Counted from the first letter of the whole stretch, positions 47,712 to 59,201 are shown. The stretch: 63,535 nucleotides of DNA, filler included, from 15 parts of 15 records of this genome joined end to end with filler, not necessarily neighbours in it, one strand, 5' to 3'. Program-made: numbers and translations. Notes: generated by a model from the letters alone, not told the origin.

Positions 47712-49563
47712 CTTCTGCGATGGGTGGCTCGCCCCATCGCCGCTGCCCTTAACCTGGGGCCAGCTGCTCTCGGGATCGGGTCCGGCTGCCTCCTGAAGAC
47801 GGCTACGGTGACGAGCGCGTGAGAGTTTGCAAGCCGTGCGCGGAAATAACCTCCGGGCTCCGGCAAGGTATCGCTGGGCCGGATCAGCCAGCCGGCAGCC
47901 AGGGGGGGGCAGCCGTGCCGTCCGCCGCCGTCCCGCCCGCGCCACTGGGCCAGGTGCTCCTGCCAAGGCCCACGCTCTGAGGGGTTGTTCACCCAGGATC
48001 GGGAGGCCCTTTTCGGGAACAGCACCGCCGCGGCCAAGAGCCCGAGCAGGTGGGTTGCGGACGGCGGTGGGCGAGCGTGGGCAGCGGGTTTGGGGACTGG
48101 TTGGCGGGCGGGAGCAGCGAGCAACGGGAGGCGGCCAGGCTGGACGACCAAATCGCGAAACTGCAGGTGCTTTCAGCGCTGTCTGGGGATTAGAGACCTA
48201 TTAGGCTCCGCTGGGCCGGGCGAGCCGGGGACAGGGGCATGCGCTGCGCAAGGCGGCTGGCGCGATTGAGAGTAGCGCCGATGCGCTAGAGCTGATAGTG
48301 GAACAATCAAGTGAGATTGCTATATATGTATACAATAGTCGGCTGACGGACTGTTGTGGAATGCAGGTCAGACCAGGCAAGACCTGCGCAACATTGAAAA
48401 CATCCACGCCACGCTCTCCGCCGCCGACGCTCTGATTCAAAAGATGGAGCGCGGTCCGCCTCTTACTATTGACTGTTTAATCAAAGGCCTCTCTCTCACC
48501 AGTGCGTGTATCCAGGCATGTTTAATCTGGGAAAAAAGACACCCAGCTTCGCCCCCCCGCCGCCCAAGGCGTCCGACGTTGATATCGAGATCCAGGTCAC
48601 GGCAGACTTTATTAATAATAGCTGAGTAGCTTTCAGGTTGCCGGGACCTTTCGCTGGATTAAGCGACTGCTTCGACTGACCGACGATTTCTTCTTAAGAT
48701 TGACCAAAAGCGCCGACTCAGTGCTGGACACTGTAAATTACTGCCAGATCGAGCAGCTCAGAATACAAAGGAAACCCGGCCGGTGCCAGAGCTCCCAATC
48801 GGGTCGGCTGATTCGGCTGGCGGTAGGTTCGTAGTCGAGTTCAACAAGCCAGGTTAACACTTCCTTCCCGATTAGGCAATCACCGCTTAACACAGGGATC
48901 AAGCCGTGGGCTTTGTGGAGTGCCCAAGTCGTCTCACTAGTGCAGCAGGCGGCCAGCGCTGCCGGTCGGGTTGCTGATCGAATGACAGTTGGTCGAACGA
49001 GCGGCCCAGCGAGGCTTTAGAATCCCGGTCGAGTTTGAGCCTGGTTACCACGTCTTTCCTAATAAGGCAATAACCTGTTAACAGGCGCCGAGCAGTTCAA
49101 CTGCGAGCCAGTGACCCAGGTTAACACGTCCTTCCTCATAAGGCAATAACCGGTTAACTCAGGCTCTCGCGGAGGCCCGGGCGGGCGAGGCTTACGGGAT
49201 GGTAAGAGGGATGGCTCAGGCCGTCAACGGGCAGGTTACCAATAACTAACAATTATTGCAATATAGTAATCTAGTATAGCAGCCGCACTGCAGTACATGC
49301 AGTAAGATGCACGACAGTGACACGGCACGGGCAGGGAAAGGTCAACTCGGCGGCGTTCCACGAAGCAATGCAGGTGCAGGGCCTCGGGTTGCAACGGCTG
49401 AGCGGACGGATAGGAGTCGCTGCTGCAGCTGGCAGATATCACGATGCTGCAGAACGAGGCACTGGACCGGCACCAGAAGGATTTGGACGAGATGGAGGAG
49501 CAAGTGCCCGTGCTGCAGGACGCGGTCACCAACCAGTCACAGAGGATTCGAGGCATACGATGA
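47712..49563 (+). CDS. FYVE zinc finger + SNAP25-like Qb SNARE + PH-like insert + Qc SNARE protein (5' truncated, many short exons)
   Basis: Manual splice gives FCDGCSRDRVRLPPEDGYGDERVRVCKPC (FYVE end); ALELIVEQSSQTRQDLRNIENIHATLSAADALIQKME; WIKRLLRLTDDFFLRL..VNYCQIEQLRI..FVVEF; ESLLQLADITMLQNEALDRHQKDLDEMEEQVPVLQDAVTNQSQRIRGIR*. Confidence 0.65.
48853..49162 (+). mobile_element. Three homologous introner-like introns (48853-48895, 49044-49084, 49120-49162)
   Basis: gttaacacttccttcccgattaggcaatcaccgcttaacacag / gttaccacgtctttcctaataaggcaataacctgttaacag / gttaacacgtccttcctcataaggcaataaccggttaactcag. Confidence 0.7.
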
Positions 49564-49789
49564 TGATTATGATGAACATGCGATGATTGATATGATAATA
49601 TTAAATACTTGTAACTAGTGCAATAGATGGCGGTCCAATTTGGTCATTTATCGATTAATCCTGCGCTTTCCAGCCTTTGAACGTTGACCACATTCAAATC
49701 ACACGAGTAGTTGTCTTTACACTGATTGGAACTGAGCCCTTCAGTCACAGTAGTTAGACTAGTTACTACTCACAGCAGCGAGCTCACTG

Positions 49790-50573
49790 TCACGTCACAT
49801 CCTCCAGCCCCTCCCCCATCAACCGCGCCATCTCCTCGCACAACACCTCGCCGGTCGCCGCCTCTATGACACCAAACTGCACCACCAGCCCATCTCCCCC
49901 TTCAACAACCGCCTCAGCTGCAAGCCGCGCCGACAACTCCACAGCCGCACCACGGGCCCCGCAGCCCACCAGTGGCGCGCAGAGCAGTCGCAGCCGCTCT
50001 TGCCTGGCCACCCGCAGCGCAGACTGGTAGCACTGGCCCAGCAGCTCCCGGTCCGGGCAGAGCCTCCACAGCGGCGGAACGCAGTGCACCACCTAGTGTA
50101 ACAGTTAACAAACCTCCCGATAAGGCAGGTGTGACCCACCGTGCTGAACTGGTCGGCCAGCCGGCCGAACGCCGGCGTGGCCACCGCCGAGCCCACGCGG
50201 CACCGGGCGCCCTCGACCACCGGGAGTCGGGCGCAGGCGGCCCTCAGCTCGGCGCCTGAGGCACCTCTCATGCTGCGGCGGGAATAGCCGCACCGGCGGC
50301 CTCGTCGACCAGCCCGTCGAGCACCTGCGTCCGGTAGAACATCCCCGGCCCGGCTTCCATCCCGCCCCAGCCGAGCCCGGCCGCTCCGGGCGGCGGCTGG
50401 CCCAGCATGGGGAAGTAAGGTTGGGCCGGGCCAACAAGAAGCTCGTTGGCAGGGACAACCAGCCCGCGGCCGCTGGACGGGCCCGGCGGGGGGCGGCTCA
50501 CCAGGTCTGGGGTCAGCCACACCTCCGCCCGAGCACCGGCCCGGACCCACCGGCCGAGGCGCCGGAGCTGCAT
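49790..50573 (-). CDS. Macro-domain protein
   Basis: LVVPANELL, LDGLV..GAELRAAC, RCRVGSAVATPAFG, VVHCVPP, LGQCYQSAL, APLVGCGARG. Confidence 0.8.
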
Positions 50574-50669
50574 TCACAGGCCGTAGAGTGAAAAGCCGTT
50601 AAAAAGTGAGAGACGCGGAGAGCCTCGGCTGAGTGTCGGCTGAGTGAGTGATGAGGGACTGGGTGGGCC

Positions 50670-51719
50670 ATGCCCGGCCAGCTGGGGGAGGGGCCAGGCC
50701 GGTCAGCGTTCGAGCAGCTCAACGAACTCAGCCGTCTGCTCTTCCGCGGCGACTGGCCAGAGTTTGCCTCGGGCGGATTCGCAGGGCTCGTACTCGATCC
50801 CGGATTGGGCTCCGAGCTGCCGCTGATCCCGGGGCGGGCGGCGAGCCCGAGTGTGCGGAGGGTGCTTATGGAGGCTAGGAGAGGCGATTTGGAGGCAAAG
50901 TACTGTGTGGGGTGGCTTTGCCTGGCGGAGTCTTGGTGGATCTATCCGCAGCGGAGCTGGTGGTCTGATGAGCTGGAGAGCTTTTTGGAGGAGTGTGCCC
51001 CCGCCCAGCTGCCTCAGACGCTCTACTGGCAGAGCTCAGAGGGGCAGCAGAAGGCTGCGGCGCTGTGGCAGAGTGCTGCCGAGCAGGGCCACATCAAGGC
51101 GACCTACTGGCTGGGCCTGCTTTGCTGCGCAGTGCCGGGTGTCAAGCACAAGGGGGTAGGGCTGATTGAGCTTGCGGCCAAGCAGGGCGGGTACGCGCCG
51201 GCTCAATACTGGCATGGGTGCTCGCTACTGTTTGGGCACGGCGTGCATGAGAACAAAGACCAGGCAGTGGAGCTGCTTCGGAGGTCAGCAAACCAAAGTT
51301 GCCCAGAGGCCCAATTCCAGCTTGGGTGCATGCTGCGCGTTGGGGATAGTGTGCCCGTGGACAAGGAAAGTGCTGCAGCCATGTTTGACCTGGCGTCAGA
51401 GCAGGGACATGCGGCAGCACAGCACCAGCTTGCATGCCTGTGCTACTTTGGCGAGGGCGTCTCAGAGGACAAGTTACGGGCGACGGCGCTGTGGCAGCGT
51501 GCTGTGGAATCTGGTTACGCAATTGCACAATACGTGATAGGCTGGGCGCATGTACGAGGTGATTAGTTACTACCGATCTCAGGGTCAGCTAACTAGCCGA
51601 TCTTGTCTGGTGTGAATTAGGTGAACTGCACCAACTGCCTGGGCCTGCTTCAAGGGTCAGAAAACTTGTGCCCAGTCTGCCGGTCTACTATCAAAGATAG
51701 CCTCAAGGTCTTTGTGTGA
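50670..51719 (+). CDS. Sel1-repeat protein followed by an out-of-frame half RING finger
   Basis: Repeats such as AQFQLGCMLRVGDSVPVDKESAAAMFDLASEQGHAAAQ; CTNC..LCPVCRSTIKDSLKVFV* at 51627-51719. Confidence 0.75.
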
Positions 51720-52832
51720 TGTCATTCAAGTGCACCTCAAGTGACGTCGTGGCAGTCTCGGAGATTGCCGCATTCTAAACGACCTGTGATTACTTGTGAT
51801 CACGACTCCATCGATTATATAGCGTGAGATATTATCGATGAACGGACAGATCCAGAGTACTACCAGAGTACAATGTGCCATCAGTGATAACCGTTCCGGA
51901 TTATGATAGGCGCACTCACATCAGAGAGAGAATTTTTGTTGCTGTTGACACTGCCAATGCTACGTAGTCTGACATGTCGAACATCGATCGTAGATCGGAC
52001 AAGTCACTCTTAGCATGATCTTACTCGTATATGATTGTATTGATATAATTGTACGCTAGCTCCAACATGGCATCGCCGCCTTGTCATGAGAAAACGAGAC
52101 CCAACTCGATCGGTCATCAGCCAGACCGCCTGCTTCTATCCCGTCCCAAAACAGCCACAGCTCATCACGTCGAGGACGTGTTGCCTCTCCAGCCATGATA
52201 ACCTGCCGCTGCATCCCACCAGCGCTAGCCACGCCCAGCCGGATCCTGTGCGGTGGCGCTGGCTCCGTATCATCCCACCTTTCCGTTAAAGTCAGTTAAC
52301 TCACGCTCAAACTCACCAGAGCATTATCCGAGCATCAGCCGGCGCCACCACCTAGCCCAAGTCAGAGCCAATCATGTAATTATATTCATATAATAATGAC
52401 AACACCTTCTCGTGCCGCCCTGGAATCCATTCGCGGCCCCGCTGCTTGTTACACTCGAATCGCCTGCCTCACGCATAATGCCCGCAGACACGCCACTTAA
52501 GACATGACCTTTCGACCATCTGAACTTCGATGCATCCACTCACACTCTCACACACAGTCCCTTCAAACGAAGCTCGTGCAAACCAGCCCGTCGAGCCGCT
52601 GGCCGACGCTCTGTCGATCACCAGCCGGGCGTTCCCATTGGAGTCGAGCCCGAGCTCGTGCCGGCCCCACCAGCTGCGGCCCGGGTCCCGACACGTCCTG
52701 CACCTTCCTAATAAGGGAATACGCCTTCCTAANNNNNNNNNNNNNNNNNNNNNNNNNNNNNNNNNNNNNNNNNNNNTTAATTAATTAANNNNNNNNNNNN
52801 NNNNNNNNNNNNNNNNNNNNNNNNNNNNNNNN

Positions 52833-55800
52833 GTAGTGCGGTCCAGTGCTCCAATCGGTGGCACGGCGTGCTTGCTGAGGCAACAACCTCACAGCAGCCG
52901 GCAGCCTCGATCTCAGGACAACGCGATAAATCCAGCCAACCTGCTGTTGAAGGCCACTACGGGAATTGTCTGGCTCGACAAGAACACCTCAAGCGCAAGG
53001 CGGGTACCATGGGCCAGGATCAGGTGCAATCGAACCCGAACATGCAGGATGAAGCAACGGCTGAAAGCACAACACTTCAAGGCAGCGCTGGTGGGGCGAT
53101 CCCATTGATGGCCGAGGTGGTGGTGCCAATCCAACCAGGTCATCAGTGGCGAGCTGAAGACCGAGTTCAACTTATCGGTCTGAAGAGGGGGACCATGAAT
53201 GGCTCGAATGGCACTATTCGGCTGTATGAGCAGAATAGCGGTCGGTGGCAAGTCGAACTGGACCAAGTCTTCGCGAGTCAGTGCATCTACGCGGTCAAGC
53301 CACAAAATCTTGTGCCGCTTGTGACTGCTGCCGCAAGCGATGACGAACCACCGCCTTGTGAACCGATAACTATCTCAGAGGATCCTGTAAGCAGCTCAGA
53401 GGACGATGATCAGGATCCCGAGGATACTGACGAGGACAGCGCGGAGTACCCAGTGGAGGGCGTGGAGGTTCAGCTGGCCTGGAATCCAGCTACAGGTGGA
53501 AGGGGCCCCTGGTTGGCACGGCAGAAGCGGCGCTGGCGACAGAAGGTAGCCCAGTCCACGCCAGCAGTGGCGACATGCGCTGTGGCTGCAACAAGTGCGC
53601 CTAAGCCGAGTAAGCCTACCAAGGCTGCCAGTGACTTTTGGCTCTGGCTCTGGCCAAGCCTGGAGCGTCTTGGCTGGCGGATCCAGTACGGCCACAGGCC
53701 AGGCGATAGGTGCGTGCTAGCTAGTCGTCGAATGTGACGGGCTGTAGGTACTACTGCCCGCCAGGAGTGAATCGCATGGATCGCGGAATGAAGTCACGTA
53801 GGGACTATTTCGACTCTTACATGCAGGTAGAATCAACTCCATGATATTGTATTAAGCTCCCTTCAGGTTGCAGACCACTGCCGCTCGAGCCCAGATTCTC
53901 AGCTTCAAGCGCTCATCCGACGAGCAGAAACTGCATCTGCTGGGCATTTCCCAAGCAAGCAGCGAGAAGTCCCTTACGAAGAGGACGCTGATGTCAAGAT
54001 AGCAGTAGGCGCTAAAGAAAAGGGCTGGAAGGTCACTGTCATTGGCTATCGCTGTGGGCATCCCCAGGTCAGTGATGCTGGCAATCCATTGGGCTCATGA
54101 CGGTGTTTGTTGCTGGCAGCGGGAAATACGAGACCCTGAGGGCAATTTATTTCATTCTCTTCAGGAAGCCCAGTATACATTCCTCGGTAAGCCAATAGGC
54201 GTGACCCCCAAGATGGGCGGAGGCAAATACTGGGCACAAACCGGGGACCGGCACTGCAAGGGAGTTAGCCGCTACGACCCATCAGCGTTTGACTCCAGAA
54301 AGCCAGCAGTGAAATCAGCAGGCCGGCCAGCCGCCCTACCTGATCCTAGGGCACCTATTCACGAAGCCCCAGAAGATACCTCGGTGTGTGCCTTCTGCGG
54401 TGAGCCGGAGGATACCACCTGCAAGCTCTTTGCTCGACCAGCGTTTCGAGAGAATGGAAGGGATGGAAACTTATGGGTGCACGACGATTGCATGATACAC
54501 AGTCCTGAGGTCTATGAGGGCGAATTGGTTGACGATTTGTACGTGGAGGCATACAATGTGATCCGATCTGTGAAGCGAAGCCGGATGTTGGCATGCGCCG
54601 TGTGTGGTCAGAAGGGCGCCTCTATAGGGTGCTTTGTTGGCAGTTGTAAGATTTCGGTTCACTATCATTGCGCACTGAAGACCACGTGGGACTTTGGCGA
54701 TTCCCGAGAGTTCTACTGCGAAAAGCATCGTGGCAACAGGGCTGTGGAATGGCTGCAGTGTGACACCTGTCAGAAATGGCGAATTTTGCCACGCAGTGTC
54801 AAAGCAGCAAGTGTCGGAGATACCTGGCAGTGTTCTGATGCATACTGGGATAAGACTCTGACGTGCGAAACTCCAGAAACTCTTGACGCATTTGCATCAC
54901 TAGGAGCACAACCTCCTGCACAAGATGTGCACACAGCCGAACAGTCAGGGTTTCTGTCTCGTGGACATGGCAAGCAGCCCAAAAAGAGAGCAGTGGATGC
55001 TGACGACGACAGCAAGATGTGGGTACAGTGTGATATCTGTCACAAGTGGCGTCAGGTGCGGGGCCCGATCCCTGATAGATGGACCTGCGCGGAAAATGAC
55101 GATGCAGCATTCCAGAGCTGTGCTATCCCACAGATCATGTCAGATGAAGAAATCGACAGACAACTCGGCCTCCAGACCAAGAAGCGGAAGGTCAAGCACA
55201 AGCAGCCAGTGTCAACAATGCCATCTCAGCAATCTTTTGCAGAATCATTTGCGTGCCACCGGCCAGTATTCCTGGACTCGGAAGTACACGAGGCCACAGA
55301 TTCAATGAAGTGCGTCGTCTGCCAGTATGTGCTTACCAGCACCGATAGGCTCATTGAGTATCCATGCAAGTGCCATGTTGCTTTGCATGAAGCTTGCTTC
55401 AATGCTCTGCTTGACAGCGACTCGAAATGGAAGAAAAAGTGCCCGTCTTGTCAGCAAACTGTGCGCCTCCCACTCGAGCTGCGCATTCAAAACAATTATC
55501 ATCCATCCGGTGCACAGTCGCCCCTCGCATCGGTCGCAGCCTCTGCAGCGCTCTCCGCTGACCCAGAAGGAACAACTAACACCAAGCGGAAGCGGATCAG
55601 CAACTCGCCCGAGCTAGCCGACCCTGTGTTGGTGCCTTATGAGGGCGAGATCGACTTGTCGCTGTGGCGCTCATCCACCTTACCGAGCGGCTACAGAGGA
55701 GTTTATCGTGACAAAAGTGTTAAAAAACGGCCTTGGAAGGCCCAGATCGCAACACCCAAGGTAAGAAAAGGCTATGTCTGGCTAGGCATGCACGCCACCA

Positions 55801-55838
55801 AAGAGCAAGCAGCAGAAGCTGTGGCGCGGAAGTGGATG
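52833..55838 (+). CDS. Chromatin reader: extended PHD (HC5HC2H), two CW zinc fingers, RING and AP2-like domain (both ends truncated)
   Basis: WVHDDCMIHSPEV..CAVCGQKGASIGC..HYHCA..FYCEKH; WLQCDTCQKWR and WVQCDICHKWR; CVVC..CKCH..HEAC..CPSCQ; SGYRGVY..WKAQI..WLGMHATKEQAAEA. Confidence 0.85.
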
Positions 55839-55959
55839 NNNNNNNNNNNNNNNNNNNNNNNNNNNNNNNNNNNNNNNNNNNNTTAATTAATTAANNNNNN
55901 NNNNNNNNNNNNNNNNNNNNNNNNNNNNNNNNNNNNNNCGGTGAAGACGTACGAGTACG

Positions 55960-56028
55960 GTACCCTAACCCTCACCCAACCCTCACCCTAACCCTCACCA
56001 ACTCTACCGTACCTGGTACTGCCGTCAG
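55960..56028 (+). repeat. Intron containing telomere-like CCCTAA/CCCTCA repeats
   Basis: gtaccctaaccctcacccaaccctcaccctaaccctcacc...cag, with GT-AG ends and an open frame on either side. Confidence 0.6.
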
Positions 56029-56067
56029 TCCGGGAGGACTTCGGAGCACACAAGCATAACGGTCAAC

Positions 56068-56661
56068 ATGTCTGGTGTGGGCGACCCGACCTTCCCTGCT
56101 ACCCCAAACTACGACAGAGTGCGAGCCGCGTTCGACGCAGTGCCCACTGAGCGGGTCCCTCGCTCGCTGATCCCCGGGGCTCGGGCGCCGCCCAGCTTCT
56201 CGCCGGCGCTACTGGCCGGTGAGAGCGCCTCCCGGATCCTGAAGCAGCTCGAGAGCGTCCAACAGGCCGCGATGGCCGACGGGGCCGACTGCCTGGAGCG
56301 GCTGCAGCTGGTCGAGCACCAGGCCGTCCTCTCCGAGGCTGAGATGGCCGCCGAGCGCCGCGGCCGCGACCGGGCCGAGCAGGCGATGGCGCGCGACTGG
56401 CAGCGCGAGCGGCAGGCGCGCGAGCAGGCGGCTTTGGCCGAGCAGGCCCGGGCGGAGCGGGCGGAGCTGGTGGCGTCCGACCTGGCGCTGCAGATGGATG
56501 GGCGAGAGGCTGTGGCCTACCGCCGGCTGATGGACCGGAGCATACTGCCACTCCCGCTCCCGGAGCCGGTCAGGGTCGGCCGGCCCGACATGGGCGGACT
56601 CCGTTATCAGGCGCGCCCGGGCCGGGGGGCGGCTGATGGGAGGAGCAGGCGGATCTTCTGA
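56068..56661 (+). CDS. Hypothetical coiled-coil protein (fragment of a multi-exon gene)
   Basis: Heptad-rich E/R/A/Q ORF. Confidence 0.4.
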   Translation: MSGVGDPTFPATPNYDRVRAAFDAVPTERVPRSLIPGARAPPSFSPALLAGESASRILKQLESVQQAAMADGADCLERLQLVEHQAVLSEAEMAAERRGRDRAEQAMARDWQRERQAREQAALAEQARAERAELVASDLALQMDGREAVAYRRLMDRSILPLPLPEPVRVGRPDMGGLRYQARPGRGAADGRSRRIF

Positions 56662-57038
56662 GGGCGGAGACCGGCCGGATCGAGGCCCGGGCCCGGCAGC
56701 TGGAGGCAAGGCACGCAGCCGTCCGGCTGCCCCCCGGTGAGCCAACAGCCCCAGCCGAGCCTGACCGGCGGACAGCGCTGCTGGCTGGGGGCTATATGGG
56801 CCCGCGAGCTACGGTTGCCGTGGACGTGGACGGCGACGGCTTGCCGGACTATTTAGTGACAGGACCGGACCGGAACTTTGATGGCATCCCGGATGTTTTG
56901 CAGTGGTAATCTCACACGCTATCACCGCGCGACGGGCGCATGAACGCAGAGTTCGCCGGTTCAAATAAGCTTGCACTTTAAAGCTTTACTCGTAGCTACG
57001 TAGTACTCGTTGGCGGTGAATGCACAACATAAGAGTGG

Positions 57039-57808
57039 CTATGCAAACGAGCCGAGCTGCTCCTTGATCTTGCCCAGCCCGTCCAGCATGGTCTGGAGCG
57101 ACTGCTTGCTCAGCTCGAACGAGACTTCGCGGCTGCCTGGCATTTCTAGCGTGCTGGTGGCCTCCTCGTCCAGCTGGCCCACCCTCAGCACACAGGCCTG
57201 AACCCGGCACACCGACAGCTTGACCAACACGGTGGGTATGGCCATCGACACAAGCCGGTTCGACCCAGTCTTGACGTTCACTTGCCAATCCACCGACTGC
57301 AGCTTGGGCAGCGACGGCTGCGCGCTACCCACCCGCTGGCCGTGCCCTCACGGGGGGCGCTACCCGATGGCAGCAGCGCGGAACTCAGGGAGGAGCTTGA
57401 AGACGGTCTTGATGACCAGCACGGCCAGCTCCTGCTGGAACCCCTCGGGGAACAATTCGAGCGCCTGTGGCCGCTGGGCGCCGGCCGGTCTAGTCCGCAC
57501 CTCCTCCTTGGAGACCGGCTCGTACAGCAGCACACCGATCAGATGGCTCGCCGCCCCGAACATCTGCCGCCCAGACATGCCGCCGCGCATCCCAGGCCAG
57601 TCACCGCGGCGGCGGCCGGCTCGTCGCATCCCAGGCTGGCGGCGGCCTCCGCGGCCAGAATGGCCGGGGGTCCGCCGATCCGATGGCTGAACGCCTGCCG
57701 GAGCCAGCGAGCCAACTACCCACCCAGCTCGGCCCGCCCGGGGCCCGACGACCGTACCGCCTCCTTTGACGGGCTCGAGGCCAAGACAGCCAAGGGCTCG
57801 AGCTCCAT
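57039..57808 (-). CDS. COMMD9: COMM domain-containing protein 9-like
   Basis: SLPKLQSVDWQVNVKTGS..MAIPTVLVKL..FELSKQSLQTMLDGLGKIKEQL; N-terminal LASSPSKEA after splicing. Confidence 0.85.
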
Positions 57809-57977
57809 CCGCGGGGCGTCCGTTACAAGCAAGCCAACCAGCTCAGCGCATGGCAATGTTGTCGGGCCGTGTTAGATCTACGGATCTACGCAATAGGTAC
57901 CATGTCCGGCCTTGTGAACATTGTCCACGGGTGTATCCGACTACCAGTGTTGTCTCAAGTGCTTCGTGTTGCTTCAA

Positions 57978-59201
57978 TCACGCATTCATCATACATATAT
58001 TATACAATGGTCGAGATCGATTGATTGCCAGGTGGCCATCAGGCAGCTTTCGAGGCATTGAGCGTGCACGGATCCCCTGCGCAGTCGGCTCAGCACCCGG
58101 GAAGAACAAGGGGTGTCACCTTGTACTTGCTGCCTTGGAATACTGAGATGTCGGCACCCTCAGGGACCAAAGTCCTCCCGCACCACAACCTGCACCAGTG
58201 TGGCTCAGAGCTGCCGCCCAGCTGTTTGCGCACCATTCTGTGAGATTGCGGCACGATTCCTGCACTGTTTCGAGGAACGACGTCTGGTCGTCTTGGTGGA
58301 TTACATTCAGGATTTTCCCGCAGCCATCTGGAGCTGTCACCTAGTTGGTTGCAGCAGGTGAGCCCTGCGCCAGGGACCAGTCCCCACCTCTTCGGGCGTG
58401 AGTCCATACACATCATACGAACCGCGTGAGATGTAGGAAAACCGTGCGGTACCTGGGCCACCCATCAACGTTGGCACAGTCGACAGTTCACCACTCGTGT
58501 CGATCTCAAACACATAGGCGGCACTGCCCTGATACGAATCGAATTCTTGAAGTTTCAGTGCGTGCTCGTGAGGATCTGAGAGGCATTCAGAGATCGAGTG
58601 GCGCGTCAAGGTCTCCTTGAACAGCCCTGCCAGGATGCCACTCACAGTCTCCTCCTCCTGCTGCTCGTCCGAAGAGCCAGGGTTCACAGCAACTTGTGAC
58701 GAGCATGCCGCTGGGTGCGGCTTCCAGAATCCGTTCATCATCATGCTCATCTGCTGCAGCGAGCTCGGGTCGAAATGGCCAAACGGCACAAACATGGCAG
58801 GGTGGCCGACTTTGGAGCTGTCTCTGACGGGCTGCGGATGTACCCACTGCACCGGCTCGGCAGGATCTAGCATGGTCGGGCTGGGCCGCAGTTTGGGCTC
58901 CAGCTCCTCCGTCGGGGGCGGGGTGCCCGTGGTCTGGAGGTGCGCGAGGGCTTTGTTGAGCTCAGCCAGCTTCCCACTCTGCTGGGTGGTGTAGTTGAGC
59001 TTTATCTGCTCAATCTGCCGCTCGAAAGATTGCATCTGCATCGCAGACGTCAGAGCCACGACGCGCCCTGCACACCCCCTACCGGCCGATCTCCCCGCCA
59101 ACCCGACTGTCTACCCGCCCCCTGGCGGTCGACACTGACCACGGGGGGATAGGCCGGCTTCTGCGGTAGCGCCAGCGGGAAGGGGGGGGGGGGGGGAGAG
59201 A
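57978..59201 (-). CDS. Coiled-coil + PAS(-PAC) domain protein, 5' truncated
   Basis: Spliced: RFSYISRGSYDVYGLTPEEV..IHQDDQTSFLETVQESCRNLTEWLWCGR..KYKGIRARSMPRKLPDG. Confidence 0.65.

Noticed and set aside
47660-48151. Minus-strand ORFs at the start of this contig
   Set aside because: Shadows of the plus-strand FYVE-SNARE exons.
52066-52732. Possible gene fragment before the contig end
   Set aside because: Short exon-like pieces with no recognisable domain; no supportable model could be built.
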